A stretch of DNA of 64,000 nucleotides, from NCBI GenBank assembly GCA_964485575.1, contig CAZAJO010000005.1:1389-65388 (forward strand), read 5' to 3'. Shown here piece by piece: positions 9,351 to 18,637 of this stretch; position 1 is the stretch's first letter; each line of letters starts with the position of its first letter. Source of the DNA: an uncultured Gammaproteobacteria bacterium. GTDB lineage: Bacteria; Patescibacteriota; Microgenomatia; Levybacterales; GWA1-39-11. The notes below the pieces were generated by a model. It saw only the letters and a list, made by a program, of their open reading frames with translations, searched no databases and was not told where the DNA came from. Made by a program: the position numbers and the translations under genes.

Positions 9351-10560
9351 TCTCTTTCACCACTTCTTGGTCGCTCCAGGCAACCTCCCCACTACCATAA
9401 TTCATTGATTTTTCGTGCCCCTTACCTGTAATTATCACTGAATCCTTTTGTCCGGCAATTGATATGGCAAATTCGATAGCTTTTTTCCGGTCGTCTATCT
9501 CATATACTGTTTTTCCTTCTAAGTGACCTTCTTCAGTTTCATTCAGAAATTCGTTACTAATGCCATCCTTTATTTGCCTATTTATATCCTCAACTTTTTC
9601 AGACCGGGGATCCTCAGACGTCAAAATAATGATGTCATCATAAAATGAGGCGACTTTGCCCATCTCAGGTCTTTTTCCACTGTCCCGAAGCCCGGCAGCA
9701 CCAAAGACATGGATAAGCTTTCCCTCGGTTCTTTTGCGTATTTCAGGCAAAATATTTTCAAATGAATTTGCGGTATGCGCAAAATCAACCATAATAAGAG
9801 GTCCTTTTGAGCTACCTATGACTTCTTGTCTACCATTTGGAGCTTCAAAGCTTTGGACAGCACTATCAATCGTCAATGGATCTATCCCAAGAGCAATGCA
9901 TGCAGCAGCGGACGCAATAATATTTTCAAGATTAAAGTCTCCGATAAGGTTTGTCTTTATCTGAAAGGGTAGATTGATCATTGAAAGATCATCGTCATTA
10001 TTGCCATGAAGCGAATAACTGATCATCTTTTCTTTTGGAAGTACTTTTTGGACTTCAGAAAACCACTGACCATTACTGTTGACTATCGCAAGATCAGATC
10101 TTTTAAGAAGTCTTAACTTTGTCCGAACATAATTCATGTAGTCTTTGTGATAATCCAAATGCTCGTGAGTAATATTTGTCAGAACCCCTATATTAAATTT
10201 CACTCCCCATACCCTATTTTGATCAAGAGCGTGAGACGTCACTTCAAGTACGATATGGGTGCATCCCATCTTTTTTGCGAGGCGGATATATTTTTGAATA
10301 GCAAATGGAGAAGGGGTCGTTACATGAAACCCGGTGTCGTATGCCTTCCCATCTATTATCGCTCCTATTGTTGAGATAACAGCAGCTTTTTTCCCCGCAG
10401 TACGCAAAATATGATAAATCAGATTTGAAGTAGTCGTCTTTCCATCTGTTCCCGTGACACCTATTACCGTAAGGCCCTTTGAGGGAAACCTGTTATAAAT
10501 GGTTGCTGTCAAAGCTTGTGCCAGGTGTCCCGTATTTTTTATTTTTCTGATGGTGGACAT
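9337..10560 (-). CDS. murE: MurE-type ligase lacking the usual N-terminal domain
   Basis: GVTGTDGKTTT, EVTSHAL, HEHLDYH, DFAHT, EDPR, GKGHE. Confidence 0.9.
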   Translation of the reverse strand: MSTIRKIKNTGHLAQALTATIYNRFPSKGLTVIGVTGTDGKTTTSNLIYHILRTAGKKAAVISTIGAIIDGKAYDTGFHVTTPSPFAIQKYIRLAKKMGCTHIVLEVTSHALDQNRVWGVKFNIGVLTNITHEHLDYHKDYMNYVRTKLRLLKRSDLAIVNSNGQWFSEVQKVLPKEKMISYSLHGNNDDDLSMINLPFQIKTNLIGDFNLENIIASAAACIALGIDPLTIDSAVQSFEAPNGRQEVIGSSKGPLIMVDFAHTANSFENILPEIRKRTEGKLIHVFGAAGLRDSGKRPEMGKVASFYDDIIILTSEDPRSEKVEDINRQIKDGISNEFLNETEEGHLEGKTVYEIDDRKKAIEFAISIAGQKDSVIITGKGHEKSMNYGSGEVAWSDQEVVKEMLKG

Positions 10561-10579
10561 GTTTTAATTATACTAGTTC

Positions 10580-12265
10580 TCACTTGGATGGCTCAATGTT
10601 GTAGTACTGGATGATATCCCGGGCTATGGCAAAGAATGTTGGCGCTGCGGTCTCTGCACCATAAATTGAGGATTGAGGTCTGTTGACTATGACAAGCATT
10701 GTGATCTGGGGGTCCTCAGCAGGAAAAAAACCTACAAAGGAAGCGTTTGTGTTGGTGGGATCGTAATGTCCGGCAACCGGGATCTGAGCAGTACCAGTTT
10801 TTCCTGCGATATGATAATTTGGGATTTTCGCAAATTTTGCTTCTCCATTTTCAACAGCATTTACCATCATCCAGGTCATCACTTTTGCGGTGGCACTTGA
10901 AATCACTTGTTTTTCAACCTGTGGCTCAACATTTATGGTCTTGCCATCTGGAGTTAAGATCTTCTCAACAACCATTGGTTTCATCAATTTTCCTCCGTTT
11001 GCGATGGCGTTGACAGAAGCAAGAAGCTGAATTGGGGTTATTGAAATTCCTTGGCCAAAACTTGCAGTCATAAGATCAATATCTTTCCATTTCCTTGGAG
11101 AACGAAGCTCTTCAGTTACTTCTCCTTGGATGTCGATTCCTGTCAGTGTACCTATTCCAAAATTCTTGAGGTAGGTAAGGAACCGGTCTATCCCTAATTT
11201 TTTGGCTACAAATACCATGCCCGTGTTGTCCGAGTGCTGGATCACCTGGGTCATATTTATATTTGGTATATATTCATCATTCCATGTCTTTATCGAAAAT
11301 CCGTCTTGCTCTATAGGACCTGCACAGTCGTCACATCTGGTGTCCGGGGTAACCAATCCACTATCTATTCCTGCTGCCATGACAAGCACTTTAAAGGTAG
11401 AACCGGGCTCGTAAAGGTTTGAGACGATGGGGCTTGTGTAGTATTTACCGTCGTATTCCCAATATTTTTGTGGATCAAATTTTGGATAAGATGAAGCCGC
11501 CAAAACTTTTCCGGTCTTTGTCTGCATGATAATAACTGTCGCCCCCTCTGCCCCATATCTCTCAAGACCCTTTTTGAGCTCAGTATCTGCCATGTATTGG
11601 ATGGAGCGGTCGATGCTTGTGACGAGGTTCCTGCCATCTATCTTTTTGTCCTCACGAATTTCTGTAAGTATAGGATTGCCCACAGCATCTTTTATAAGAT
11701 ACGTACTTCCTGGTCTTCCGCGAAGCTGTCTGTCATAAAATCCCTCTATCCCAAAATATCCTTGATCCTCACCATCCTGATTTTTGCCTACAAACCCTAC
11801 TAAGTGTGCGGCAAGTGATGCCTCGGGATAATTTCTTTCTGTCTGCTGCTCGAACCCTAACGCATTAAGCTTTAGTGCCTCAATCTGCTTCCTTTGGTCG
11901 TATGAAAGTCTGCTTTGAAGACTCACCCAATATAAGTTTTCTGAAAGTCTGGCGGATATTGATGCTGCGTCTACAGCAAGAACAGGAGATAGTAATTTTG
12001 AATATGAATCCGTTGAATCCACTTTTTTTGGATTGGCGTAGAGAAGATAGCTTATCTTGTTTGTGGCCAGTGGAAAGTTGTCATGGAACAAAATGTCTCC
12101 TCTTTTTGCGGTTGTTACAAGTGACAAAGAACTTTGATCGCGTCCAGCAAGGCGCAATCCCTCTGCTTTTACCACCTGCCAGTAAAACAATTTAAATAAT
12201 ATGGCGATGTAAAAAAGGGCAAATGCTAGAAAGATTGTGATGAGACGTTTTTGGTCTCTTTTCAT
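10580..12265 (-). CDS. ftsI: Class B penicillin-binding protein (FtsI)
   Basis: N-terminal TM, RGDI, EPGSTFK (SxxK), SDN, KTGTAQ. Confidence 0.92.
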   Translation of the reverse strand: MKRDQKRLITIFLAFALFYIAILFKLFYWQVVKAEGLRLAGRDQSSLSLVTTAKRGDILFHDNFPLATNKISYLLYANPKKVDSTDSYSKLLSPVLAVDAASISARLSENLYWVSLQSRLSYDQRKQIEALKLNALGFEQQTERNYPEASLAAHLVGFVGKNQDGEDQGYFGIEGFYDRQLRGRPGSTYLIKDAVGNPILTEIREDKKIDGRNLVTSIDRSIQYMADTELKKGLERYGAEGATVIIMQTKTGKVLAASSYPKFDPQKYWEYDGKYYTSPIVSNLYEPGSTFKVLVMAAGIDSGLVTPDTRCDDCAGPIEQDGFSIKTWNDEYIPNINMTQVIQHSDNTGMVFVAKKLGIDRFLTYLKNFGIGTLTGIDIQGEVTEELRSPRKWKDIDLMTASFGQGISITPIQLLASVNAIANGGKLMKPMVVEKILTPDGKTINVEPQVEKQVISSATAKVMTWMMVNAVENGEAKFAKIPNYHIAGKTGTAQIPVAGHYDPTNTNASFVGFFPAEDPQITMLVIVNRPQSSIYGAETAAPTFFAIARDIIQYYNIEPSK

Positions 12266-12546
12266 TGGTTATAAGAAAGCTTAACCTGACGAAGTGAAAT
12301 ATAACTCTGATTTGATACAAATCCCAACTGAGCGGCTTTTTGCGAAATTGCTTCAAAAGACGTTTGATCAAGTACCTTTGAATTGAGGATTTGGTTCTCT
12401 TCGTCAAGAGCTGCTATTCTTGACTGCAAATTCTTTACAGATACGCTATCTGAAGCGAGTTTGCTTGAAAGATGGATATTGAGGAGTTCTAAACCAACTG
12501 CAGAAACAGCTAATAAAATTACGATAATTGTTAATAATTTGTTCAT
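12262..12546 (-). CDS. ftsL: FtsL-like protein
   Basis: TM plus coiled coil, AAQLGF; position between rsmH and ftsI. Confidence 0.7.
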   Translation of the reverse strand: MNKLLTIIVILLAVSAVGLELLNIHLSSKLASDSVSVKNLQSRIAALDEENQILNSKVLDQTSFEAISQKAAQLGFVSNQSYISLRQVKLSYNQ

Positions 12547-12550
12547 AGTT

Positions 12551-12607
12551 AGTTTACATAAAACTTCAAACTTAAAACTTTTAATTCTTTTTTAAAGTTT
12601 TTGGTTT
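12551..12607. repeat. Heptamer (TTAAAAC-like) array with inverted arm at rsmH/ftsL junction
   Basis: ataaaac ttcaaac ttaaaac ttttaat followed by tttaaagtttttggttt. Confidence 0.55.
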
Positions 12608-13487
12608 ATATTTTCTCAAAAATTCTCATTTTTGCGCTTCTGGCGCGTTTGTTTCCGGTTACTTCATTGTCATCTGCAACAAGTGGTTTTTTGGTGACGA
12701 CTATTCCCACCCCTTGCCTTTTTAAGGTCTCAAACATCTGCTTGATGACCCTATCTTCGAGTGAATGAAAGCTTATCGCAACAAGTCTAGCCTGTGGTAA
12801 AAGCATTTCAACTGCATCACTCACACCTTTTTTGATGACTCCAATCTCATTGTTGACCTCGATTCTTATTGCTTGAAAGATTTTTGTCGCTGGATGGATA
12901 GGGCCATCCTTATGAGAAATCTTCTCGCATATCTCCTTCAACTCTTTTGTCGTTCTTATCTCAGTTTTTCTCCTTTTCTCAACTATTGCGTCGGCTATCT
13001 CTTTTGCATTGTGCTCTTCACCGTATGTGTAAAAAATTTCAATAAGCTTGTCCTTCGGGTAGGAATTTACTACATCCAAAGCCGAAAGCGTAGCATCCAT
13101 GTCCATCCGCATATCCAACTCTTCATCGCGTCTAATACTAAATCCTCGTCCTGAGTTGTCCAGTTGGTATGACGATACTCCAAAGTCAAAAAGTATCCCG
13201 TCTACCTTCTCAAACCCATTTTCTTTTGCAATTCTTTTGATGTCTTCAAAATTTCCCTTTACAATTTTTAGCTTTTCAGTTTTAAGTTTTTCGTTTTGTG
13301 TTTGTTTAACAAACTCAATTGCGTCTGCGTCTTGGTCAATCCCAAGGACTATTCCTCCTTTTTGAAGAATAAGTCCAGTATGTCCTCCTCCACCCAATGT
13401 CGCGTCTATATAGTGCTTACCATCCGTTACGTTGAGACCATCAACTGCTTCTTCCAAAAGAACCGGTATATGGTTAAATTGCTTCAT
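12606..13487 (-). CDS. rsmH: 16S rRNA m4C1402 methyltransferase
   Basis: HIPVLL, DATLGGGGH, DFGVSSYQLD, LDMRMD, FHSLEDR, RARSAKMR. Confidence 0.97.
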   Translation of the reverse strand: MKQFNHIPVLLEEAVDGLNVTDGKHYIDATLGGGGHTGLILQKGGIVLGIDQDADAIEFVKQTQNEKLKTEKLKIVKGNFEDIKRIAKENGFEKVDGILFDFGVSSYQLDNSGRGFSIRRDEELDMRMDMDATLSALDVVNSYPKDKLIEIFYTYGEEHNAKEIADAIVEKRRKTEIRTTKELKEICEKISHKDGPIHPATKIFQAIRIEVNNEIGVIKKGVSDAVEMLLPQARLVAISFHSLEDRVIKQMFETLKRQGVGIVVTKKPLVADDNEVTGNKRARSAKMRIFEKI

Positions 13488-13938
13488 CTGATTGCTCCTT
13501 CCTCTGAGTCAGACGGTTGTAATGCCTGACTGCAGTTTCCCTGATCTGCATCTCGCGTATCTTTCCATAATTTTGGTAAATTTCCTCGTCCCATAATTCG
13601 ATGCGTGTACCGACACCAACAAAAACTACTTTTGACTTTGTCTCAATATATTCCGCAAGGGCTACCGGCAGAACAAATCTATTTTTTGTGTCCAATGTAA
13701 CTGCGACCGCGCTACCATAGAAAAATCGTTCCAGATCCCGCACTTCAGGCAACAAACTCGAGTTATCTTTCAGGATTTTGGTTATTATTTCTTCTCCAGT
13801 CTCATATGGCAGAACAATCACAGACTTTTCAAACCACTTGGCTAAAAGTAATTTTTGACCTGTAATTCTTTTGAATTTATTTGGGAAGGTCAGCTGATTT
13901 TTGATTGTGAATTTCGATCTATAAAATCCAAGATACAT
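13474..13938 (-). CDS. mraZ: MraZ transcriptional regulator
   Basis: Two AbrB-like repeats, LDTKNRFVLP, VGVGTRIELWD; first gene of dcw cluster. Confidence 0.88.
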   Translation of the reverse strand: MYLGFYRSKFTIKNQLTFPNKFKRITGQKLLLAKWFEKSVIVLPYETGEEIITKILKDNSSLLPEVRDLERFFYGSAVAVTLDTKNRFVLPVALAEYIETKSKVVFVGVGTRIELWDEEIYQNYGKIREMQIRETAVRHYNRLTQRKEQSDEAI

Positions 13939-14027
13939 TTGCTTATTGTACGCTCAAACCTCGTCAAAATCTATATCCAATTGCATCAACTAGACTACTT
14001 CCTCCTACTTTTTTAAGGTGCTTATTA

Positions 14028-14056
14028 GTTATAGAAGACTTTTCACGGGTTGTCAA
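14028..14056 (-). promoter_or_regulatory. Sigma70-type promoter of the dcw operon
   Basis: Minus strand TTGACA-N17-TATAAC. Confidence 0.7.
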
Positions 14057-14116
14057 CACGTAGATGTGCCTATTTTGAGGGGTGAAAACACTATATAGGA
14101 TATTATTTTGTCTGAA

Positions 14117-14159
14117 GGTGATTCAGATCATTGCATATAAATAAAATGAGGAATATCAT
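14117..14159 (+). promoter_or_regulatory. CRP/FNR-like box overlapping a TTGCAT-N17-TATCAT promoter
   Basis: GGTGA-ttcaga-TCATT at 14117-14132; -10 at 14154-14159. Confidence 0.5.
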
Positions 14160-14168
14160 GCAGATATC

Positions 14169-15338
14169 ATGAGTATTTTCAAAAAGAAATTATTGATTAT
14201 TTTTACATTCTTAGCTTTATTTACTTTCATTTTTCCCCTATCTAGTTTTGCTTCAGAAAATTTTGTATCAAAAGACAATGTATTCCTACAGAAAGATGAG
14301 ACAGTCAATTCTGATTACTACGCTGCCGGAGGATCTGTTTTTATTGATGGGACTGTTGTTGGAGATGCGTATGTAGCAGGCGGAAATGTTGTCGTAAATG
14401 GACTTATCAACGGAGATCTTCTAACTGCAGGAGGAAATATCAGTATCAATGGACGGGTTACCGGAAATGTAAGGGCTGTTGGGGGACAGGTTGTTGTCAA
14501 CGGACAGGTTGACCGCAACGTGACTGTCGCCGGTGGCTCTGTCTCATTGCAACAGCCAGCAATCGTTAATGGGTCCATAACTGTTGTCGGAGGGAATCTT
14601 CTGATAGCCTCTCCAATTGGCAAAGGCGCGGTTCTTGCCGGAGGACAGGTCAATATAAATAATGTCATTGGTGGAGATGTTAGAGTTAGTGCCGAGCAGT
14701 TGACGGTACTTCAGAACGCAAAGATAAATGGAGGACTTACCTATTGGAGTCCAAATCAAGCTCATATTGTCCAATTCACGGTCAAAAATGGAGTTACTTT
14801 CCACAAAACTGAGCTGAAGGAGAACAACTACCAAAAACCTTCAAGAGAGAAAATCGCTGCAGCCGCTGCTGGCATCGGAGTCTTTTGGATCATAGTTAGC
14901 TTCTGTGCATCCTTCCTGGTTGGTCTTATTCTCCTTCATTTTGTCCCAGTATTTATGAAGGATATAAAGGATACGATCACTACATCACTTCTGAAAAGCA
15001 TGGGTGTTGGATTTATCACAATTCTACTGTTCCCATTTGCTATCGTAGTACTACTTATCACGCTTATAGGTATTCCTTTTGCAGCACTCTTAGGGGTAGC
15101 ATTTGTGCTCGTTGCACTACTCAATCAGATATTTATCGCATACGCTCTTGGCAAAAAACTTCTTCCAACTGGAAATGCACTTTCACTTTTTGCAGGCTTG
15201 GTGGTCTATAGTGTGGTCAGTTGGATTCCGGTCATCGGGTGGATGTTCAATGCCCTTGCTCTCTTTGTCGGCATGGGAGCTTTGGTCCAGGTCAAAAAGA
15301 AATTATACGATTCACTCCGAACAAAAAAACTCATCTAG
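14169..15338 (+). CDS. Membrane protein with bactofilin-like (polymer-forming) beta-helix and C-terminal TM bundle
   Basis: Signal peptide, repeated AGGxVxVNGxVxGD units, about 5 C-terminal TM helices. Confidence 0.75.
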   Translation: MSIFKKKLLIIFTFLALFTFIFPLSSFASENFVSKDNVFLQKDETVNSDYYAAGGSVFIDGTVVGDAYVAGGNVVVNGLINGDLLTAGGNISINGRVTGNVRAVGGQVVVNGQVDRNVTVAGGSVSLQQPAIVNGSITVVGGNLLIASPIGKGAVLAGGQVNINNVIGGDVRVSAEQLTVLQNAKINGGLTYWSPNQAHIVQFTVKNGVTFHKTELKENNYQKPSREKIAAAAAGIGVFWIIVSFCASFLVGLILLHFVPVFMKDIKDTITTSLLKSMGVGFITILLFPFAIVVLLITLIGIPFAALLGVAFVLVALLNQIFIAYALGKKLLPTGNALSLFAGLVVYSVVSWIPVIGWMFNALALFVGMGALVQVKKKLYDSLRTKKLI

Positions 15339-15427
15339 AGATTACTCTTCTTCTTTTTCCATTGGGGCAATGAGGGTGCAATATGCATTCCTTCCTAGCA
15401 TTAATTTAAGTATGTTAGTATGTAAAG

Positions 15428-15976
15428 GTGACCTCAGTTTCACTAATTATAAAGAAGATACTACCAATCGTTTCCATATCAGTAATTGCCTTGTTGATAT
15501 TTTACTTTGTAACACCGCATGAATATAAAAATCCAAAAATTGGCAAAATAACAGTCGCAAATAGCTATGGTAATCAGGGAGTTTATCTCTCATTTAGTGT
15601 TGGTATTTCGTGTTCTCATGCTTTAAAAAATCCATTAACCGCAGAAGTTAGGTTCATAGATGACACGACATCTATTTCTGATATCAAATACACATTAATC
15701 CCAGTGAGTCGATATGGATGTGACTACGCAGAACCTATCAGTTTTCATACACTGATTCCATATGACCTTTTTACTTATGATCCATCACGCAACCAAAAAG
15801 TAATTATAAGTAGTGGAAATGAAAAGTTAAAAATGTATATCCAGCACGACCCAAGAACACGATTGGTAATAGTCACAAACACTACTCCAGATAAATACAC
15901 GTTACAATCAGAATCAACATCGTTTACGGAATCTTCAAGTTACAGAGTCATTGTAAATAACGTCTTCGGTAAATAA
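15428..15976 (+). CDS. Hypothetical membrane-anchored protein
   Basis: 182-aa ORF with N-terminal TM; start uncertain. Confidence 0.55.
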   Translation: MTSVSLIIKKILPIVSISVIALLIFYFVTPHEYKNPKIGKITVANSYGNQGVYLSFSVGISCSHALKNPLTAEVRFIDDTTSISDIKYTLIPVSRYGCDYAEPISFHTLIPYDLFTYDPSRNQKVIISSGNEKLKMYIQHDPRTRLVIVTNTTPDKYTLQSESTSFTESSSYRVIVNNVFGK

Positions 15977-16002
15977 CTTTTCTCTTGTGGTAAAATCGTC
16001 CC

Positions 16003-16437
16003 ATGGCTTTTGAACAGAGACCGCGGACTGTAAGTGAAGGATTTGAAGAAGCTTCTGAATATCTACTTCACACTGAGCATGACCTGGAAGCCCAAGCATT
16101 GTTTGTCAGACAAGCAAAGAAAGAACACTGTCTTTTCGCTAATAAAGAGGTTTTTACTGATTTTGGTGAGTATGACCTGAATGGCTTGGAGTGGGTATGG
16201 CTAAAATATGGCACTTCTGGGGTTGCTCGCTTTTTTAAGGGACATGCATTTGAAGAAAATTTATATGCGCTGCAAAGAGGTGATGAGATAGAGATATTGA
16301 GAGATGTTGATGAAAAATTTCTTCCTGGAAATGCGGGGCTTCAATATATGGTTGCACAAATCAGCTCATCAAGAGGTATCATCTATCAGTCTCCAGGATT
16401 TACTATGCCAGACTCTATTGAGGGTCCAATTTCGTGA
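16003..16437 (+). CDS. Hypothetical protein
   Basis: 144-aa ORF with TGGTAAAAT 6 nt before ATG. Confidence 0.6.
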   Translation: MAFEQRPRTVSEGFEEASEYLLHTEHDLEAQALFVRQAKKEHCLFANKEVFTDFGEYDLNGLEWVWLKYGTSGVARFFKGHAFEENLYALQRGDEIEILRDVDEKFLPGNAGLQYMVAQISSSRGIIYQSPGFTMPDSIEGPIS

Positions 16438-16445
16438 TAAATTCG

Positions 16446-16465
16446 TGCTCCTGAGGTCAGGAGCA
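16446..16465. terminator. Hairpin between convergent genes
   Basis: TGCTCCTGA-GG-TCAGGAGCA perfect inverted repeat; no clear U-tract. Confidence 0.5.
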
Positions 16466-16470
16466 GTGGG

Positions 16471-16821
16471 CTACTTTTTATGACCAAAAATCAATTTGAG
16501 GTCAATTCCATTATCCTTTGCCCATGACTGTAATTCAGTCATCTCTTTTTCTCGCTTGTCCTTCCAGTCCGACTTCAATTGCTGCTTTTTCTCAAAAAGT
16601 GATTTGAATTTATCTTCAATCAACTTTTTTTGATCTGCAGTAATTTTACCTTGAGTAACAAGTGCAGATAGCCTTGTCTCAAGGTGCGTCTGGTGTTTTT
16701 GAGGGGAAACTTTGGAAAAATGCATACCCATCTTGCCAGGCCCATGTGCCATGGCTGGGGTTACAGTTAGCATGCTTCCCAGTGACAGAAATGTCACTGC
16801 TGAAATTATGTATTTTTTCAT
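16471..16821 (-). CDS. Small secreted helical protein
   Basis: Signal peptide (..PAMA), GKITADQ motif, strong SD AGGAGGTGA. Confidence 0.7.
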   Translation of the reverse strand: MKKYIISAVTFLSLGSMLTVTPAMAHGPGKMGMHFSKVSPQKHQTHLETRLSALVTQGKITADQKKLIEDKFKSLFEKKQQLKSDWKDKREKEMTELQSWAKDNGIDLKLIFGHKK

Positions 16822-16885
16822 ATATCACCTCCTCTCAAAAATCAGTTTGTCACACAAAACTTAAAATTAACTGATATTGAAATTG

Positions 16886-17386
16886 TTAGATGATGGGACA
16901 CATCGCAAAAGCGTGGACGTGGACTAGGGCAGAGTCAAAATGGATAGTCTCAACTCCAGTTACTGTCCCACTTTCTTCAAATTTGTCAGTAACTTTATAC
17001 GCATATTGCCATTTGTCATCCGGCTCAGGGGTGCAGTCCTCAAAAAGTCTAGTTCTTTCCCCCAATTCACCAAGTTTTTCAACGAGATAGTCACTCACAG
17101 CATTTTCATTAAGGCCGAAACCTTCAAGAACTTGAATGTCTGGAGCTCCACCGGCATAGACTCGAGTGTATTTTTGGTCACCAACAACTAGAACTTCTTG
17201 CCCTGCCCCTGTTCTTTTTCCCGTGACCCACTCATCGTGATACTCTCCACCCTCTATTTTCACATGACTCGCCTTCCCATCAACTATCCCTCCCCTTTTC
17301 ATAGCATGGATATGACCATCTCCAGCGTACCCGCCAAGAAGACCTTGCGTTAATCCATTTGCAATTAATTTCTCTGTATCCTTCAT
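16886..17386 (-). CDS. Hypothetical protein, DUF5680-like
   Basis: YHDEW...GAGQEVL...GVETI pattern; recognition tentative. Confidence 0.55.
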   Translation of the reverse strand: MKDTEKLIANGLTQGLLGGYAGDGHIHAMKRGGIVDGKASHVKIEGGEYHDEWVTGKRTGAGQEVLVVGDQKYTRVYAGGAPDIQVLEGFGLNENAVSDYLVEKLGELGERTRLFEDCTPEPDDKWQYAYKVTDKFEESGTVTGVETIHFDSALVHVHAFAMCPII

Positions 17387-17449
17387 AAAGGTATTTTAGT
17401 ACTAAAGAATCTCGAAATCCACATTTCCTAAATAAATTTATCTTATAGT

Positions 17450-17478
17450 TTGATTTGAACCTAGATTGTTGTTATAAT
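17450..17478 (+). promoter_or_regulatory. Sigma70-type promoter of the high-GC ORF
   Basis: TTGATT-N17-TATAAT with extended TG; AGGAG upstream of TTG start. Confidence 0.55.
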
Positions 17479-17505
17479 TCCGTCAGTCTAGCTCAGGAGT
17501 AGAAC

Positions 17506-17859
17506 TTGTCAGGAAAGATTTACGTGGGTACCAGAGATGGTGCCTGGGTTGTAGGAGTGACGGTCGATGGCCAGAAACTCTTCAACTACGACAAGCACGG
17601 CGACCCCGACAACGGGTTCGAATGGGGATACGGAGGAGGCGGGCCTTTCGCCCTGTCCCTCTCCATCCTCTCCGATCACTACGACGTTGAACAAGGTGCA
17701 GACCCATTTGCGCACGACAGCCATCTGTACATCAAGGCGCAGCAGTTCAAGGAAGAAGTGATCTCCCAGCTCCCGCACAACGCGGGGTTCACTCTCACGA
17801 GTGAGCAGGTAGCCGAATGGATCGCGGACAAAGAGCCCGCTAGCAGGACTCGAACGTAA
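17506..17859 (+). CDS. DUF6166-like protein, GC-rich and foreign-looking
   Basis: GFEWGYGGGGPFALSLSIL...QQFKEEVISQLP; C/G-ending codons unlike neighbours. Confidence 0.7.
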   Translation: MSGKIYVGTRDGAWVVGVTVDGQKLFNYDKHGDPDNGFEWGYGGGGPFALSLSILSDHYDVEQGADPFAHDSHLYIKAQQFKEEVISQLPHNAGFTLTSEQVAEWIADKEPASRTRT

Positions 17860-17878
17860 CGACCCTACGGTGACATCC

Positions 17879-17908
17879 GCCCTTCGGAGCCGCAAGGCTT
17901 CGAAGGGC
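17879..17908 (+). terminator. 13-bp GC-rich stem with GCAA tetraloop
   Basis: GCCCTTCGGAGCC-GCAA-GGCTTCGAAGGGC; one G-U pair; no U-tract. Confidence 0.55.
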
Positions 17909-17990
17909 ACCACCCAAAAATCCAGAAATTTTAGAAAAACCCAAATCCTCTGGCAAAAGCCCACTCCCGAAAAACCGTAAGTGCGAGCAG

Positions 17991-18596
17991 GTGTATACTC
18001 AATTTGTGAGAAATATTGAGGAAAATATCATCATGCATCTTAAGGCGTTTTTCTTTCCTCTTCTTTTTAAATTTGTCAAAACAGAAAATTTCTTGGAATA
18101 CCACATAGGTAATTTTTTTGATCGACCGAAAAAGAGAAAAAACACAGAAACCGATGAGCAGTATCTTGGAAGACTTACGCCTAGTCAAGCCGTTAGAATT
18201 TCTCAATACAATTACAATAAATGGTATTACAATAATGCTTCGTATCATGTCGTTCCACCTGATTTGAGCAATTGGGAAGAAGAAAGCAGAAAGACTCTTG
18301 AAAAGCTATTGGATGCACTATTTCTTATTGAGGAGCAATGGAAAGATCTTTATAGAAAATCACTTGATAGAAAAATTGTTGAACTAAAAAAGCCCAAAAA
18401 GAATAAAGGTCTTGAAATCAAAAGCACAATCCTGACTTTTTTACTTGGATGGGTGTTTATATTTATTGGAGGAATAATAATCATGTTTGTTGTGATGGGA
18501 TTTAACCACCTACTTCTTGCCCTTCACATCCCCATCATAAAAGAAGTACCAATTTTTGGTACAAAAATGGAAATCCCTCCCCCACCTAAAAGATAA
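17991..18596 (+). CDS. Hypothetical protein with C-terminal TM
   Basis: 201-aa ORF; start uncertain. Confidence 0.5.
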   Translation: MYTQFVRNIEENIIMHLKAFFFPLLFKFVKTENFLEYHIGNFFDRPKKRKNTETDEQYLGRLTPSQAVRISQYNYNKWYYNNASYHVVPPDLSNWEEESRKTLEKLLDALFLIEEQWKDLYRKSLDRKIVELKKPKKNKGLEIKSTILTFLLGWVFIFIGGIIIMFVVMGFNHLLLALHIPIIKEVPIFGTKMEIPPPPKR

Positions 18597-18637
18597 AATT
18601 GGAGATCAATCGGAAAATTTGAAAAAAAAAGAATAAT

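Noticed and set aside
13975-14012. MraZ-binding direct repeats
   Set aside because: Only two GTAG units at 10-bp spacing; too weak to call
17833-17860. tRNA-like 3' fragment (minus strand GTTCGAGTCCTGC) as a possible att site
   Set aside because: The 5' side of the T-stem does not pair (TTACG vs CCTGC), there is no acceptor stem or CCA, and it lies inside a coding region
17509-17964. 151-aa antisense ORF
   Set aside because: Shadow of the GC-rich plus-strand gene, which has the promoter, SD and family motif
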